64,000 bases of DNA from Gammaproteobacteria bacterium (GTDB lineage Bacteria > Pseudomonadota > Gammaproteobacteria > Eutrophobiales > Eutrophobiaceae). Where the stretch lies: assembly GCA_965238225.1 (NCBI GenBank), contig OZ250183.1:1184001-1248000 (forward strand), read 5' to 3'. Position 1 is the first letter of the stretch, and every line of letters begins with the position of its first letter. The translations under genes and the position numbers were made by a program. The notes under the pieces were generated by a model. It was not told where the DNA came from and searched no databases. It was given only the letters and a program-made list of their open reading frames with translations. This document shows positions 63,242 through 64,000 of this stretch, piece after piece.

Positions 63242-64000
63242 TTATCGCTCCCTGAGGCTTTCTTTTCGAGACCGTAATAATGGTGCCAGAAAAAACTCAA
63301 TGATTCTTCTGTATCCTATTTTCATTTCTGCGGTAACTGCCATACCCGGAATTAACTTTACGTCTTTACCTTTCACTCGGATAGTATCCTTTTCCATTAT
63401 AATGCGCATACCGTAAACCAAGCCGAGATTTTCATCAAATGTGGCATCATCAGAGACAGTCGTTACTTCACCATCAATAATACCGTACTTGGTAAACGGG
63501 AAGGTATGGATTTTAATCTCCGCTGTCATACCTTCGTTGACAAAACCAATATCTTTGTTTGCTAAAAAGACTTCGGCTTCTAATTGTTCTTGGTCAGGCA
63601 CGATAAGCATGAGTTGTTGTGCTCCGGTGACAACGCCGCCAATGGTATTGGCCGCAAGTTCTTGCACCCTGCCTGCAACTGGAGCATAGAGAATTTGTTT
63701 GGCATTTATGTCTTTGGCTTTAATCAGCTCTTCGTTCATTGCCGCTAATTGGCGTTGATACTCGGTTATTTTAGAAAGCTGTTCGGCCTGAGTTTGCGCT
63801 GTAAATGTATTCACTTGTTGTTTAATTTCATTCATCACTGCTTGTAATTGTTTTAGCCGTTGTTTTTCTGAGGCGAGGTTTTGTGTGATCTCAATACGCT
63901 CTTGTTCCAGTGTCAAATATTCATCTTCTGAGGAAAATTTTTGCTCGTAGAGCTTTTTGAATTTTGCAGTACGACGACTCACGATCGGTAAGGTTCTCTT
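63242..64000 (-). CDS. hlyD: HlyD-family type I secretion membrane-fusion protein (5' end beyond the window)
   Basis: Coiled coil, APV.G.V, TIGGVV, KDIGFV, FPFTKYG, PGMAVTAE and RRIIEFFL.P...ESLRER motifs. Confidence 0.93.
   Translation of the reverse strand, partial: KRTLPIVSRRTAKFKKLYEQKFSSEDEYLTLEQERIEITQNLASEKQRLKQLQAVMNEIKQQVNTFTAQTQAEQLSKITEYQRQLAAMNEELIKAKDINAKQILYAPVAGRVQELAANTIGGVVTGAQQLMLIVPDQEQLEAEVFLANKDIGFVNEGMTAEIKIHTFPFTKYGIIDGEVTTVSDDATFDENLGLVYGMRIIMEKDTIRVKGKDVKLIPGMAVTAEMKIGYRRIIEFFLAPLLRSRKESLRER

Overview
AT-rich chromosomal segment of a methylotrophic gammaproteobacterium; the taxon is inferred from gene order and protein similarity. 0.3-17 kb: a near-complete tetrahydromethanopterin/methylofuran formaldehyde-oxidation cluster (orf21, pabB, orf9, orf1, orf17, fae, orf7, orf5, mch, orfY, mtdB, mptG, fhcBADC). 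17-18.9 kb: a heavily decayed NAD-linked formate dehydrogenase. 18.9-25.6 kb: a lanthanide-type methanol dehydrogenase locus in which xoxF is followed by a pseudoazurin-like blue-copper protein, where cytochrome c XoxG is usually encoded, and then xoxJ; a decayed SoxYZ-like carrier gene lies on the other side. 25.6-46 kb: housekeeping genes (waaA, hldD, hldE, dsbC, xerD, ogt, rpsP-rimM-trmD-rplS, and tRNA-fMet-rimP-nusA-infB-rbfA-truB-rpsO-pnp). 46-54 kb: a hopanoid cluster (sqs, shc, hpnG, hpnN, hpnA). 54-59.4 kb: a partial Mrp antiporter cluster. 59.9-64 kb: a frameshifted poly-RTX protein next to a type I secretion HlyD gene. At least four independent pseudogenes point to ongoing genome erosion. 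The best candidate for an undescribed system is the xoxF-cupredoxin-xoxJ module, whose XoxF carries loop insertions including a CPEC motif, in a cell whose adjacent formate dehydrogenase is broken. All product calls come from motif recognition; no database searches were run.
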